Shown here in pieces: positions 19,406-28,096 of a DNA stretch of 64,000 nucleotides. The position numbers and the translations under genes are program-made. The stretch comes from Candidatus Fermentibacteraceae bacterium (GTDB lineage: Bacteria > Fermentibacterota > Fermentibacteria > Fermentibacterales > JCC-6). Below the pieces are notes generated by a model, which saw nothing but the letters and a program-made list of their open reading frames with translations, did not search any database and had not been told where the DNA came from. The stretch is taken from positions 300,365-364,364 of the forward strand of contig JBGSZS010000004.1 in assembly GCA_041750285.1 (NCBI GenBank), given 5' to 3'. Each line of letters opens with the position of its first letter. Position 1 is the stretch's first letter.

Positions 19406-19795
19406 ATGAAATCACCAGGCGGCGGAGGCAAGAACCCGGGCATTCAGAAGCAGCCCATGAAACCCCAGCAGAAACCTTCCCGGCCCACGCAGGAGAAACC
19501 TGCCTACACCCCTTCTCCCAAGCAGCAGTACCGCGAAGCCCAGAAACCCGCGCGCAAGCCCGAGATGAAACCGGACAGAAAACCCGAGCGCAGCCCTGAG
19601 GACAGGAAGCGCATCGCCATGCTCGACCGGCTGAAGAACCGCCAGGGGACCGCCCCGGTGAGCCAGACCGGCGCCACCGGCGAGACAACGGCCCCGGCCG
19701 CATCGGGCGGAAGGCGTTCATGCTGCCTGGGATGCACGGTTTACGCCTTGGCCCTGCCCCTTATCGCTGCCGCGATTCTGATACTGCTGCCCTGA
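19406..19795 (+). CDS. Hypothetical Lys/Pro/Gln-rich protein with C-terminal TM anchor
   Basis: Fills the intergenic gap; GAGGGGG upstream; ends CCLGC plus hydrophobic stretch. Confidence 0.55.
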   Translation: MKSPGGGGKNPGIQKQPMKPQQKPSRPTQEKPAYTPSPKQQYREAQKPARKPEMKPDRKPERSPEDRKRIAMLDRLKNRQGTAPVSQTGATGETTAPAASGGRRSCCLGCTVYALALPLIAAAILILLP

Positions 19796-21233
19796 CGGTC
19801 CAGCCCAGTCGATAGGCGTTCCTAAGGGCCGGGATGGCCAGGATAAGCCCGGCGCCCGTCAGCATCGGCCAGGTCAGTTCCGTGAACCTCATGAGTAACA
19901 GGATGCCGGGCACAGGCAGGGCTCCCAGAGCGAAGGGCACAAGCAGCCGTACCAGTGTCCCCCTGCCCAGAAGGGCCGCGCAGACCACCGCCACCACGGC
20001 GCTGGAAGAGACTGCTGCGATGCCTGCCGCGGGCAGGCCGAGATCCCCCATCAACCACAGGTTCACCCCCAGGCTTGCTGCGAGTCCTAAAGCAACTGCG
20101 GGAAGAGTGGCCTTCTGCCTGCCTGAGGCGATCACGGCGGGAAGCAGGAAGTTCATGAAGAAGAAGACCGGGATGCCCGAGAAAAGAAGCAGTCTCGTAT
20201 CGTCGAATTCTGCCGGTGTGAGCCCCCTGAGGAATGCACTGCCCCAGAGAAGCCTCATGAAGAGCTGCCCCGGGGGAAGGATGAATGCCACGACGACTGC
20301 GGAGAGGGCCGAGATGAGAACAGCGATCCTTCTGATCTCATTTCCGGCAGACCCGTCCCTGAAGGCCCTGCAGAGGCCCGGAAAAAGGGCTCCGGGGAGC
20401 AGGGTGGGCGTTATTATGAGGACCAGCACCTCGAGGACCTTGTATATCTCGTTGTAGGCTCCCACGCTCACGACCCCGAGGGTTCGTTCGACAACAAGGT
20501 TGTCCACCCTCTGGTGCATGATGGCAACGATACCCATCAGACCCAGTGGCCATGTGTCCCTCAGCAGACCCAGCATCCGGGGGGGGGAGAAGCTTGGACG
20601 GATGTCGAAGCCCATTTTCCCGGCGGCCCTGAAACCTGCCCAGGCCATTGCTGCCCCTCTTGTCAGGAAAACCGTTGCTATAACGTAGGGGTGAGCGTCG
20701 AGGCCGGTGGATACCACCACCAGCAGAAGGAAGACGGCCGATGAAGAGATCCGGGCGGCGGCTTCCCGGCGGGTCTGACCCATGGCCCTGAATGAGGCGA
20801 AGGGCAGTTCAGCCATGATCTCAAGGGTCATCCCCAGAAGGATGGGGATCAGGATCAGCGTCTGGGGAAGGGGATAGCTCAGAAGCGAGAAAGCGGTGAG
20901 CGTGACCAGTGAAACAAGGGCCATCACGGTTCTGAATCCCAGGGCGCTTCTCCAGATGTCCCGGGATTCATCGGGAGTACCCAGGCTCATCCTTCTGTTT
21001 ACCAGGATCGCCGCACCGAAATCGGTTATGAAGCAGGAGAACACGGAGAGGATCACTGCGAGCAGCAGCCGCCCGAACCAGACGTCTCCCATGTCCCTGG
21101 AAATGAGCATCATGGCGACGAAGACCGCACCCTTGCCCACGATCTGTCCAAGAAGCATGTGAACGCTGTTCGCCCGTTCGCCTCTCATGCCTTCCCGAAG
21201 CGTCATGGGCGGGAAGGGATCAAGCCCGGACAC
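19761..21233 (-). CDS. Polysaccharide/oligosaccharide flippase (Wzx/MOP family)
   Basis: About 12-14 TM segments; ITDFG, QRVDNLVV, VGAY motifs. Confidence 0.82.
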   Translation of the reverse strand: MSGLDPFPPMTLREGMRGERANSVHMLLGQIVGKGAVFVAMMLISRDMGDVWFGRLLLAVILSVFSCFITDFGAAILVNRRMSLGTPDESRDIWRSALGFRTVMALVSLVTLTAFSLLSYPLPQTLILIPILLGMTLEIMAELPFASFRAMGQTRREAAARISSSAVFLLLVVVSTGLDAHPYVIATVFLTRGAAMAWAGFRAAGKMGFDIRPSFSPPRMLGLLRDTWPLGLMGIVAIMHQRVDNLVVERTLGVVSVGAYNEIYKVLEVLVLIITPTLLPGALFPGLCRAFRDGSAGNEIRRIAVLISALSAVVVAFILPPGQLFMRLLWGSAFLRGLTPAEFDDTRLLLFSGIPVFFFMNFLLPAVIASGRQKATLPAVALGLAASLGVNLWLMGDLGLPAAGIAAVSSSAVVAVVCAALLGRGTLVRLLVPFALGALPVPGILLLMRFTELTWPMLTGAGLILAIPALRNAYRLGWTVRAAVSESRQR

Positions 21234-22963
21234 TACGGCCTGTAAACGTTGCTGGGAGCGTAGCCCACGGCTTTGAGCGCCTCGTTGCGCTTGACCTTCT
21301 TGGTGGTGGTCTTGGGAAGGTCTTCCTCGCTCACGATGAAGCCGGCAATCCTCTTGAACAGCGGCGCGTCGTCGTTGAACTTCCGTACGGCGTTCCTCAC
21401 CGCGTTCACCTCGTCTGCAGGGGTTATCTTGCGGCCCTCCTTCTCCGCTTCCTCGATGAGAAGGTCGCGGTTGGGGACGACCACTGCCCAGATCTCCTCC
21501 CCCTTTGCCTCATCGCTCTTCCCGAAGACCATGCTCTCGTTCACGTGGGAATCCCGGTTGAGGATGGTCTCTATCTCCTCGGGGTACACGTTCTTGCCGT
21601 TCTTGGCGATGATCACGTTCTTCTTCCGGCCAGTGATGTAGAGGTAACCGTCATCGTCCATTCTGCCGTAGTCGCCGGTGTGGAACCAGCGGTCGGCCGT
21701 GAGGACCTCGGCTGTGGCTTCGGGGTTGTTGTGGTAGCCCAGCATGACGTTGGGGCCCCTTACGATGATCTCGCCGATGCCGCTTTCGTCGGGGTCGTCG
21801 ATGCGCACCGTACACTCCGGCAGAACCAGCCCCACCGATCCCGGCCTGCACGCGTTGTCGCGGTTGACCGTCACTATCGGGGAGGTCTCGGTGAGGCCGT
21901 AGCCTTCCAGTATCTTGAAACCGAGTTTCTGGAAGCCGCGGATGACCTCGGGGTCGATGCCGGCGCCGCCCGAGACGAACAACCTGAGACCGCCGCCGAA
22001 CTTCTCGTGAACCTGGTGGAACAGCTTCTTCCTGAGGTTCTTCGCCCCGAAGAACTCGCCGATGCCGGAGAGGGTCGTGCCGACCCTGTACTTCACGGTA
22101 CCGCCCGGGGCGTTCCTGATGTTGGTCATTATCCTGCCGTACATCTTCTCCCACAGGAGGGGAACGCCGATGACCACGGTGGCCCTGGTGGCGGCAAGGT
22201 CCTCCACAACGTAGCGAAGGCCATGGGCGATGGCGATGGTGCAGCCGGAGACCAGGGGCAGCAGAAATCCGCAGGTGCATTCGTAGCTGTGGTGAACTGG
22301 AAGCACGGAGAGGAAGATGTCGTCCTTCAGGATCGCAATCAGCGCCATGACCTGCCTGAGGTCGGAGATCAGGTTCTCCTGCGAGAGGACGACGCCCTTG
22401 GCCATCCCGGTTGTTCCCGAGGTGTAGCAGATTGCCGCGGGGGCGTTGACGTTGAAAGAGTCCGGCAGGGCGGTCCCGCCCGACCTTCCGGCCCTGATGA
22501 GGTCGCTCATGTGCCGGGGGGCGTTCATCCCGCCCATGTTCATGGCATAGTTGGTCACTCCCCTGATGCCGGAAAACACATCCATGAACCGGGGATCGTG
22601 AACGGCCATGTTGGCGCCCGAGTAGTGGACTATGGTGCGCATGTCCGCCGGGGGAAGTTCGCGGTCGATGGGGACTATGATGCCTCCCGCCCTTATCACG
22701 GCAAGGTAGGTTGTGCACCACTGGATGCTGTTGTCGCCCGCCACTGCCACAACGGGCCTTGGGTTGTGCTCGAGGATCCCCCGGGCCATCCACTCCACGT
22801 TGTTCCTGAGCTGGCTGTAGGTGACCGACCTGAAATGCCCCGGTTCGGCGGGTTCGAGTATCGCAGTTTTGTCGGGGTGGCGCCTGCAGACCTGTTCGAC
22901 GGCCCAGGGCAGGTTCTCGATCGGGGGGACCTGGAGCAGTGGACCGCCCGGGTAATTTCTCAT
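21233..22963 (-). CDS. Long-chain fatty acid-CoA ligase
   Basis: YTSGTTGMAKG, GYGLTETSP, HTGDYG, GRKKNVII...GKNVYPEEIE; GAGGAG RBS. Confidence 0.92.
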   Translation of the reverse strand: MRNYPGGPLLQVPPIENLPWAVEQVCRRHPDKTAILEPAEPGHFRSVTYSQLRNNVEWMARGILEHNPRPVVAVAGDNSIQWCTTYLAVIRAGGIIVPIDRELPPADMRTIVHYSGANMAVHDPRFMDVFSGIRGVTNYAMNMGGMNAPRHMSDLIRAGRSGGTALPDSFNVNAPAAICYTSGTTGMAKGVVLSQENLISDLRQVMALIAILKDDIFLSVLPVHHSYECTCGFLLPLVSGCTIAIAHGLRYVVEDLAATRATVVIGVPLLWEKMYGRIMTNIRNAPGGTVKYRVGTTLSGIGEFFGAKNLRKKLFHQVHEKFGGGLRLFVSGGAGIDPEVIRGFQKLGFKILEGYGLTETSPIVTVNRDNACRPGSVGLVLPECTVRIDDPDESGIGEIIVRGPNVMLGYHNNPEATAEVLTADRWFHTGDYGRMDDDGYLYITGRKKNVIIAKNGKNVYPEEIETILNRDSHVNESMVFGKSDEAKGEEIWAVVVPNRDLLIEEAEKEGRKITPADEVNAVRNAVRKFNDDAPLFKRIAGFIVSEEDLPKTTTKKVKRNEALKAVGYAPSNVYRP

Positions 22964-22971
22964 GATCCTCC

Positions 22972-24171
22972 TCAATCGCCAGTGAAAACGCTTTCGTCAG
23001 CGAACACCCGAAAACCCACGAAGGGGTAGCCCAACTCCGGGGAGAACTGCGCAAGAGCACGGGGAGAGCAGTCTTCAATGGAACTCAGCCAGCTTCCGCC
23101 GGCGGCGAGCCCGCGCGATGCCGTCCATTCCCAGAGGTTCCCGGCGGTATCATAAAGCCCCCAAAGGTTTGCGGGGTAGGAACCCACGGGGGCAGATGCG
23201 GCAAAACCGTCATCCACATCGGGGTGTCTGGTGAGAATGCCCTCGGAGGAATCCGAGCAGTTGTAGGTCCCGACCGCAGGAGTGCGGCATCCGCCCGCCC
23301 CGGCGGCGAGCTGCCACTCCTCCGGGTCGGGCAGCCTGTAGGTCATGCCGTTCCCGCTCGCGCCCGTAAGCCAGCGGCAGTACATCTCCGCGCCGGCCTG
23401 GTTCACACCGTGCATGGGAAGGTCCTCCATGCCGGACACTGTTTCGTAACGGCTCGAATCGAAGTTTGCAACCACGGGAAGGGGCCAGTTGCACCTGAGT
23501 ATGCTGTCGGTGAGAACGGTCCGCCCTGCGAGCTGCCAGCCGGTCCGGCGAAGACCGGGATCCACGCTGTTCATGAAAACCGCGAATTCGGCTGCGGTGA
23601 CCTCGTTCACAGCAACCAGAAAATCGGGGGAACCCTGACGGAGCAGCGAACCCGGAACCCTGACCATGGGGGGGTTGCCGGGTACGAGCTCGGGTATCTC
23701 ACGAGTGATCGTGACGAGTTCCGGAACAAGAAGTGTCTGCGAAACCCTGTCCATAATGCCGTCCCCGCCCGCAAGGCTGAACTCGTAACTGCCAGGGCCC
23801 GGCAGAGGTATCGTGCAGGGCGACATCGCCGTGAACCCCTCCCACGACACGGTGAGCCCCTCGGGCTCGGTGAAGACCGCTATTCCGCAGAGCCTTTCAA
23901 GGTAGACCACGATGGTGTCAGCCCCGGGCCTGACTATCGTCTCCACGGTCCTGAAACCCTCCCGGGAAACGGTTATCCTGGTTCCGTCCCTGTGAACGGG
24001 GATCGAGAAGGGCGAGTGCATGGGAGGGGCGCCACCCACCGAGACCAGCGATCCGTCGGGGACGGTTACGACAACCGTCCTTCGGGTCGGGAAGAGGTCG
24101 AGCGCAAAGAGCCCGGCCGCGAAGAACGCACAGAGGATGCTGAGCAGCAGCAACAGGTGTGATGGCCTCAA
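22972..24171 (-). CDS. PEGA-like plus FGE-sulfatase (SUMF1/EgtB/PvdO) domain exported protein
   Basis: EVT, YCRWL...YRLP, ANLWGLYDTAGNLWEW, GGSW, VGFR; N-terminal TM or signal segment. Confidence 0.85.
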   Translation of the reverse strand: MRPSHLLLLLSILCAFFAAGLFALDLFPTRRTVVVTVPDGSLVSVGGAPPMHSPFSIPVHRDGTRITVSREGFRTVETIVRPGADTIVVYLERLCGIAVFTEPEGLTVSWEGFTAMSPCTIPLPGPGSYEFSLAGGDGIMDRVSQTLLVPELVTITREIPELVPGNPPMVRVPGSLLRQGSPDFLVAVNEVTAAEFAVFMNSVDPGLRRTGWQLAGRTVLTDSILRCNWPLPVVANFDSSRYETVSGMEDLPMHGVNQAGAEMYCRWLTGASGNGMTYRLPDPEEWQLAAGAGGCRTPAVGTYNCSDSSEGILTRHPDVDDGFAASAPVGSYPANLWGLYDTAGNLWEWTASRGLAAGGSWLSSIEDCSPRALAQFSPELGYPFVGFRVFADESVFTGD

Positions 24172-25572
24172 CTAGCCGCTCCAGTCGTTCTGGAGCACGG
24201 CCCTGATGTCGGCCCCGAGCTGCCCCATGCGTATGTCCCTTACCAGGCGTCCCAGCATGTACGAAGGCCTGAAGTAGAACCTGCGGTGAAAGGCCGCGTA
24301 GAACTTCTGTATCGTGTCCCAGTCGAGGTTCTCGTGCTTCCACACCTCGGTTGTGCAGTGGAAGTTGTACTTGTCCCAGTCGCGCGAGAGTATCCTGCCC
24401 TCCCTCTCGATCAGCGTGAAGAGCGGCGAGGATGGGAACGGAAGGGTCATGGAGGCCTTGGCGTAGGTGAGGGGAAGGCTGCAGGCGAACCTGAGGTTCT
24501 GCTTCATGGTCTCGACGGTGTCTCCCGGAAGGCCCAGCATGAAGAAGCCGACGGTTTCCAGCCCCTCCTCGTGGGCCATGACCACGGCGTTCCTCACGGT
24601 GTCCGGGTCCTGGTGCTTGTTCACCCGCGAGAGCACTTCGGGCACTCCGCTCTCGATGCCGAAAGACACCTGATAGCAGCCCGCCTTCTTCGCCAGCCTG
24701 AAGAACTCGCGGTCCACATCCTGAACGTTCACACCGGTGGGCAGCGCCCAGGGAGCCTTGAACCCCCTCTTCATTATGAGTTCAACGGTCTCCTTGGCCC
24801 TGGGGAGGTTCGCGGTGAAGTTGTCGTCCTTGAAGTGGATGTCACGGAAACCCAGGTCGAGCATCCTGAACATCTCGTCCACGACGCGTTCGGAGCTCTT
24901 GCTTCTGACCGAGTGGCCGAAGACGCGCTGGCTGCAGTAGAGACAGTGGTGGTTGCAGCCCCTGTTGGTCTCCATGTAGCCGACCGGGTTCTTCCTGCTC
25001 GCTATGTGGGGAGAGTGGTAGAAGCGCAGGTCGTGAAGCTGCCACGCGGGCAGCGGAAGGTCGTCGAGGTTCCCGATAAGCGGACGGGGCGGGTTCATCA
25101 CGAACTCGCCGTTGCTGATGCGGGCCACTCCCTGTATCTCCCCGGGATCCTTCCCCGAGCAGATCTCCCGCAGCGTGTTCTCGCCCTCGCCCATGACGAC
25201 CAGGTCGAACTCGGTCTCGCGAAGGACCTGTTCGGGCAGCGTGTTGGCGTGGATGCCCCCGCAGATGAGCACCACTTCCGGCAGCACCTGCCGGGCCATC
25301 GCCGCCAGTTCCCTGGCCTCCCTGTAAAGCGGGGTCGTGAACGTCACCCCCACGAAGTCGGGCTTCCATGCCGTAAGAGTTTCGCGGTAGGCATCGAGCG
25401 GGCGCCCCTCTATCATGAGGTCGGAGATGCGCACCTCGTGACCATCCTCGAGAGCCGCGCCCGCAAGCGACGCCAGCGTGATGAAGGGCGCGCTCGTTAT
25501 GGCGACCCTGATCTTGCTCTTGTTGTACACTCCGATGGCGGAGGGCGGGTTCACCAGCAGAAGTCTTGCCAT
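24172..25572 (-). CDS. Cobalamin-binding radical SAM protein
   Basis: B12 domain (GGIH, VMGEGE); RGCNHHCLYC (CxxxCxxC); DDNF, FGIESG, FMLGLPGDT. Confidence 0.93.
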   Translation of the reverse strand: MARLLLVNPPSAIGVYNKSKIRVAITSAPFITLASLAGAALEDGHEVRISDLMIEGRPLDAYRETLTAWKPDFVGVTFTTPLYREARELAAMARQVLPEVVLICGGIHANTLPEQVLRETEFDLVVMGEGENTLREICSGKDPGEIQGVARISNGEFVMNPPRPLIGNLDDLPLPAWQLHDLRFYHSPHIASRKNPVGYMETNRGCNHHCLYCSQRVFGHSVRSKSSERVVDEMFRMLDLGFRDIHFKDDNFTANLPRAKETVELIMKRGFKAPWALPTGVNVQDVDREFFRLAKKAGCYQVSFGIESGVPEVLSRVNKHQDPDTVRNAVVMAHEEGLETVGFFMLGLPGDTVETMKQNLRFACSLPLTYAKASMTLPFPSSPLFTLIEREGRILSRDWDKYNFHCTTEVWKHENLDWDTIQKFYAAFHRRFYFRPSYMLGRLVRDIRMGQLGADIRAVLQNDWSG

Positions 25573-25688
25573 TAGGGGACCCTTTCGTAAATCGTGGTGC
25601 GGGAACCGGTATGATAGAATAAGATGCGCCTTTGCGCCAGTTTCCGGCGCGGGTTTTCCGGGGGGGTTCCGGACGTTATAGTCTTCCC

Positions 25689-26663
25689 ATGAGTTCGCAG
25701 ATGATCCTCGCAGCGGTCCCGGCCCTGAACGAAGAGGCAACGATAGCCGGCGTTCTCGCGGGCATTCCCCGGGAGATCGGCGGGCATCCCGTCGAGGTGC
25801 TTGTTGTCGACGACGGCTCAACCGACCGCACAGCGGATATTGCCAGGTCAGCGGGAGCGTACGTCATCTCCCACGGCAGGAACATGGGGCTTGGCGACAC
25901 CTTCCGCACGATGCTTGGCTTCGCCCGTGAGGGAGGGTACCACTTCCTGGCAACGATCGACGCCGACGGCCAGTTCGACCCCGGACACCTTCCCGTCCTG
26001 GCGGCGCCGGTCCTCTCCGGTAGCTTCGACTTCGCAACGGCCAGCCGTTTCGCGGACCCTTCACTCACGCCGCGCATGCCACGGTTGAAAAGGATGGGCA
26101 ACCGCTGGGTGGCCGGCCTTGTAAGCCGTCTAAGCAGGATCAGTGTGAAGGACGCCACATGCGGCTTCAGGTTCTACGGACCCCGCGCGCTTGACAGGGT
26201 GTCGTGCCTCTCCAGGTTCACCTATACGCAGGAAGTCGTCATCGACCTGGCCATGAAGGGCATGCGCATCAGCGAGGTCCCCCTGTCGATAAGGGGGGAA
26301 CGGGCTTCGGGAAGGTCACGCATCGCCGGCAACCTCTGGAGGTACGCGGTCCTCTCCACCGAAGCCATGTACTCAGTGGCCCACGGTCACTCACCCTGGC
26401 GTGTATACGGCGGTCCCGCCCTGTTCCTCATGGGGCTGGGCATACTGATGGATGCCTTCGTATTCGCCCACTGGCTCGCCACGGGGAAGGTGACCCCCTT
26501 CGCAGGTGTCGGCATCGGAGGGCTCTTCCTGATCACATTCGGCATCCTGCTGCTGCTGTTCGCCTCGGTCGCCGACATTGGCAGCTCGAACCGGAAGCTT
26601 CTGGAAAGCCTTCTGGAGACCGATACCAGAAGGAAGCGGGAGCAGGCCCGGGACGGGCGATAA
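25689..26663 (+). CDS. GT2 glycosyltransferase (polyprenol-phosphate sugar synthase-like) with two C-terminal TM segments
   Basis: PALNEE, VVDDGSTD, IDADGQF, DATCGFR. Confidence 0.92.
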   Translation: MSSQMILAAVPALNEEATIAGVLAGIPREIGGHPVEVLVVDDGSTDRTADIARSAGAYVISHGRNMGLGDTFRTMLGFAREGGYHFLATIDADGQFDPGHLPVLAAPVLSGSFDFATASRFADPSLTPRMPRLKRMGNRWVAGLVSRLSRISVKDATCGFRFYGPRALDRVSCLSRFTYTQEVVIDLAMKGMRISEVPLSIRGERASGRSRIAGNLWRYAVLSTEAMYSVAHGHSPWRVYGGPALFLMGLGILMDAFVFAHWLATGKVTPFAGVGIGGLFLITFGILLLLFASVADIGSSNRKLLESLLETDTRRKREQARDGR

Positions 26664-26684
26664 AAGCCGCTGGCGTTCGCTCGC

Positions 26685-27326
26685 CTATATCCCGGGGCTC
26701 CAGGCGTCAAGGAGTTCAAGACGCCCCGATACGAACCCGTTCGTGGTCTCGATGGTGACAGTGTCGCCCATCCCTCCGATCACGTCGTTCCAGTTGAAGA
26801 TCATCTCGTAGCTGTTGGTGTTCAGGGGAGTCGAGGCCGACATGGAGTACTCCTCGACAGTTATGGTGTATGAACCGCCGGACGTTTCGATGATCGTCAG
26901 CCTGACGAGCCCGTTGCCGAATGATCCCCCGACGTCGACAATGGTCGTCCCGGAGCCGGTCATTGAACCTCCGGGCATCACCGTGGAGACCGTGACCGGA
27001 ATGGTGCCGTCGCCGCCCAGGCCCCAGGTTTCGGTGAGAGGGTTGTACTGCGCGGTCAGTTCGATGCCGTTGCTGCTCTGATCAGTCTCCCAGAGGATCG
27101 AAGAGCCATCGGGTCCCGTCCATTGGTACGAGAAGTCCCAGAAGAAGGCAAGGTGTTCACCATCCACCGGGCCGAGTGAAAGGTCACGATCCTGCCCCGC
27201 GGACTGGGCTGCGGCGTGCCCCGAGGCCAGGAGAACCAGGAGAACGGCATGAACCGCTCTGGCCGGAACGCATCCTGTTCCCATCAGTATCTCCCTCCCG
27301 ATTATTGAACGGTCTTGGCTTGGCAT
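26685..27326 (-). CDS. Hypothetical secreted beta-rich protein
   Basis: Signal-peptide-like AVLLVLLASGHAAA; Thr/Ser/Gly-rich; alternative start 27284. Confidence 0.65.
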   Translation of the reverse strand: MPSQDRSIIGREILMGTGCVPARAVHAVLLVLLASGHAAAQSAGQDRDLSLGPVDGEHLAFFWDFSYQWTGPDGSSILWETDQSSNGIELTAQYNPLTETWGLGGDGTIPVTVSTVMPGGSMTGSGTTIVDVGGSFGNGLVRLTIIETSGGSYTITVEEYSMSASTPLNTNSYEMIFNWNDVIGGMGDTVTIETTNGFVSGRLELLDAWSPGI

Positions 27327-27404
27327 GGTTAAGATAGTGCAGAACAGTCTTTTGGGAAAGTGCCTGCCGATCCGGGAAGCTCTGATGCGGCGTGCTTCAG
27401 GATC

Positions 27405-27445
27405 ATCATTGAAATGTCAAACCCTGCCTTTGAGATTTCAATGAT
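27405..27445. other. AT-rich 17-bp inverted repeat (1 mismatch)
   Basis: atcattgaaatgtcaaa-ccctgcc-tttgagatttcaatgat. Confidence 0.8.
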
Positions 27446-27469
27446 ACGAGGCAGGTGCCGGGCCTGCGC

Positions 27470-28093
27470 CTAGTCCGCTCCGCCCAGGATGACCTTGATG
27501 CGGCCGAATGTGCAGCCCTCGAGAGCCATTTCGCAGTCAAGGATCATGTACGGGACCATGTCGGAAAGCTCTCCCGAGGGGTCGGGGCTTCCGCCGGGCG
27601 GGAAAAGGCTGCAGAGGTTCCTCGCGGGGCCGGCCTCCCAGTTGTACACCCCCGCCTCGACCATCCCGTCCGGATAGTGGATGTCTATGAGGAGGTTGTC
27701 CGTTCCGTTGTAGAAAAAGGGCTGGTCGAACTGGATCGTCAGGGTGCTTCCGGCTCCGCCGAAAAGGGGGAGGGAATCGATGAACACAACCTCCTGGAGT
27801 GTTCCGGGAGCGCAGTTGTCGGCGAATGTCTCTGAAAGCTCGTCGATCGCCACGTGGGCCATCTTCATGGAAAAGCCGCCGGCCCAGCCGTACCCCCCGT
27901 TCGGGCGTAAGTAGGTAATGCTTTCGATCGTAAGGGGAAACCCGATATCCTCCTGAAGCACCACCACCTGGCAGTGTTGAAGTCAGTCTCAGGTGTCGAA
28001 GGGCGAGGGGAAAACCGACTCCATTTCACCGATCTCCAGGGTTCCGGCGGAAAGCGCGGCGAACATGGTCAGGACCGGCAGAAGGCTTCTCAT
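27470..28093 (-). CDS. Putative secreted selenoprotein (207 aa) with two in-frame TGA codons (codons 35 and 37, U-D-U)
   Basis: ATG 28093 with AAGGTGA RBS; MRSLLPVLTMFAALSAG signal peptide; in frame with ORF 27470..27967 across TGA at 27989-27991 and 27983-27985; SECIS-like hairpin follows. Confidence 0.65.
27953..27986 (-). promoter_or_regulatory. Candidate bacterial SECIS element
   Basis: mRNA CACUGCC-AGGU-GGUGGUG 7-bp stem (2 GU pairs) with AGGU loop, plus CUGA/UCAG lower stem, immediately 3' of the UGAs. Confidence 0.5.
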
Positions 28094-28096
28094 GAA

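Noticed and set aside
27983..27991. Genome-wide UGA reassignment (code 4 or 25)
   Set aside because: Many conserved genes end at TGA at the expected length and none shows internal TGA.
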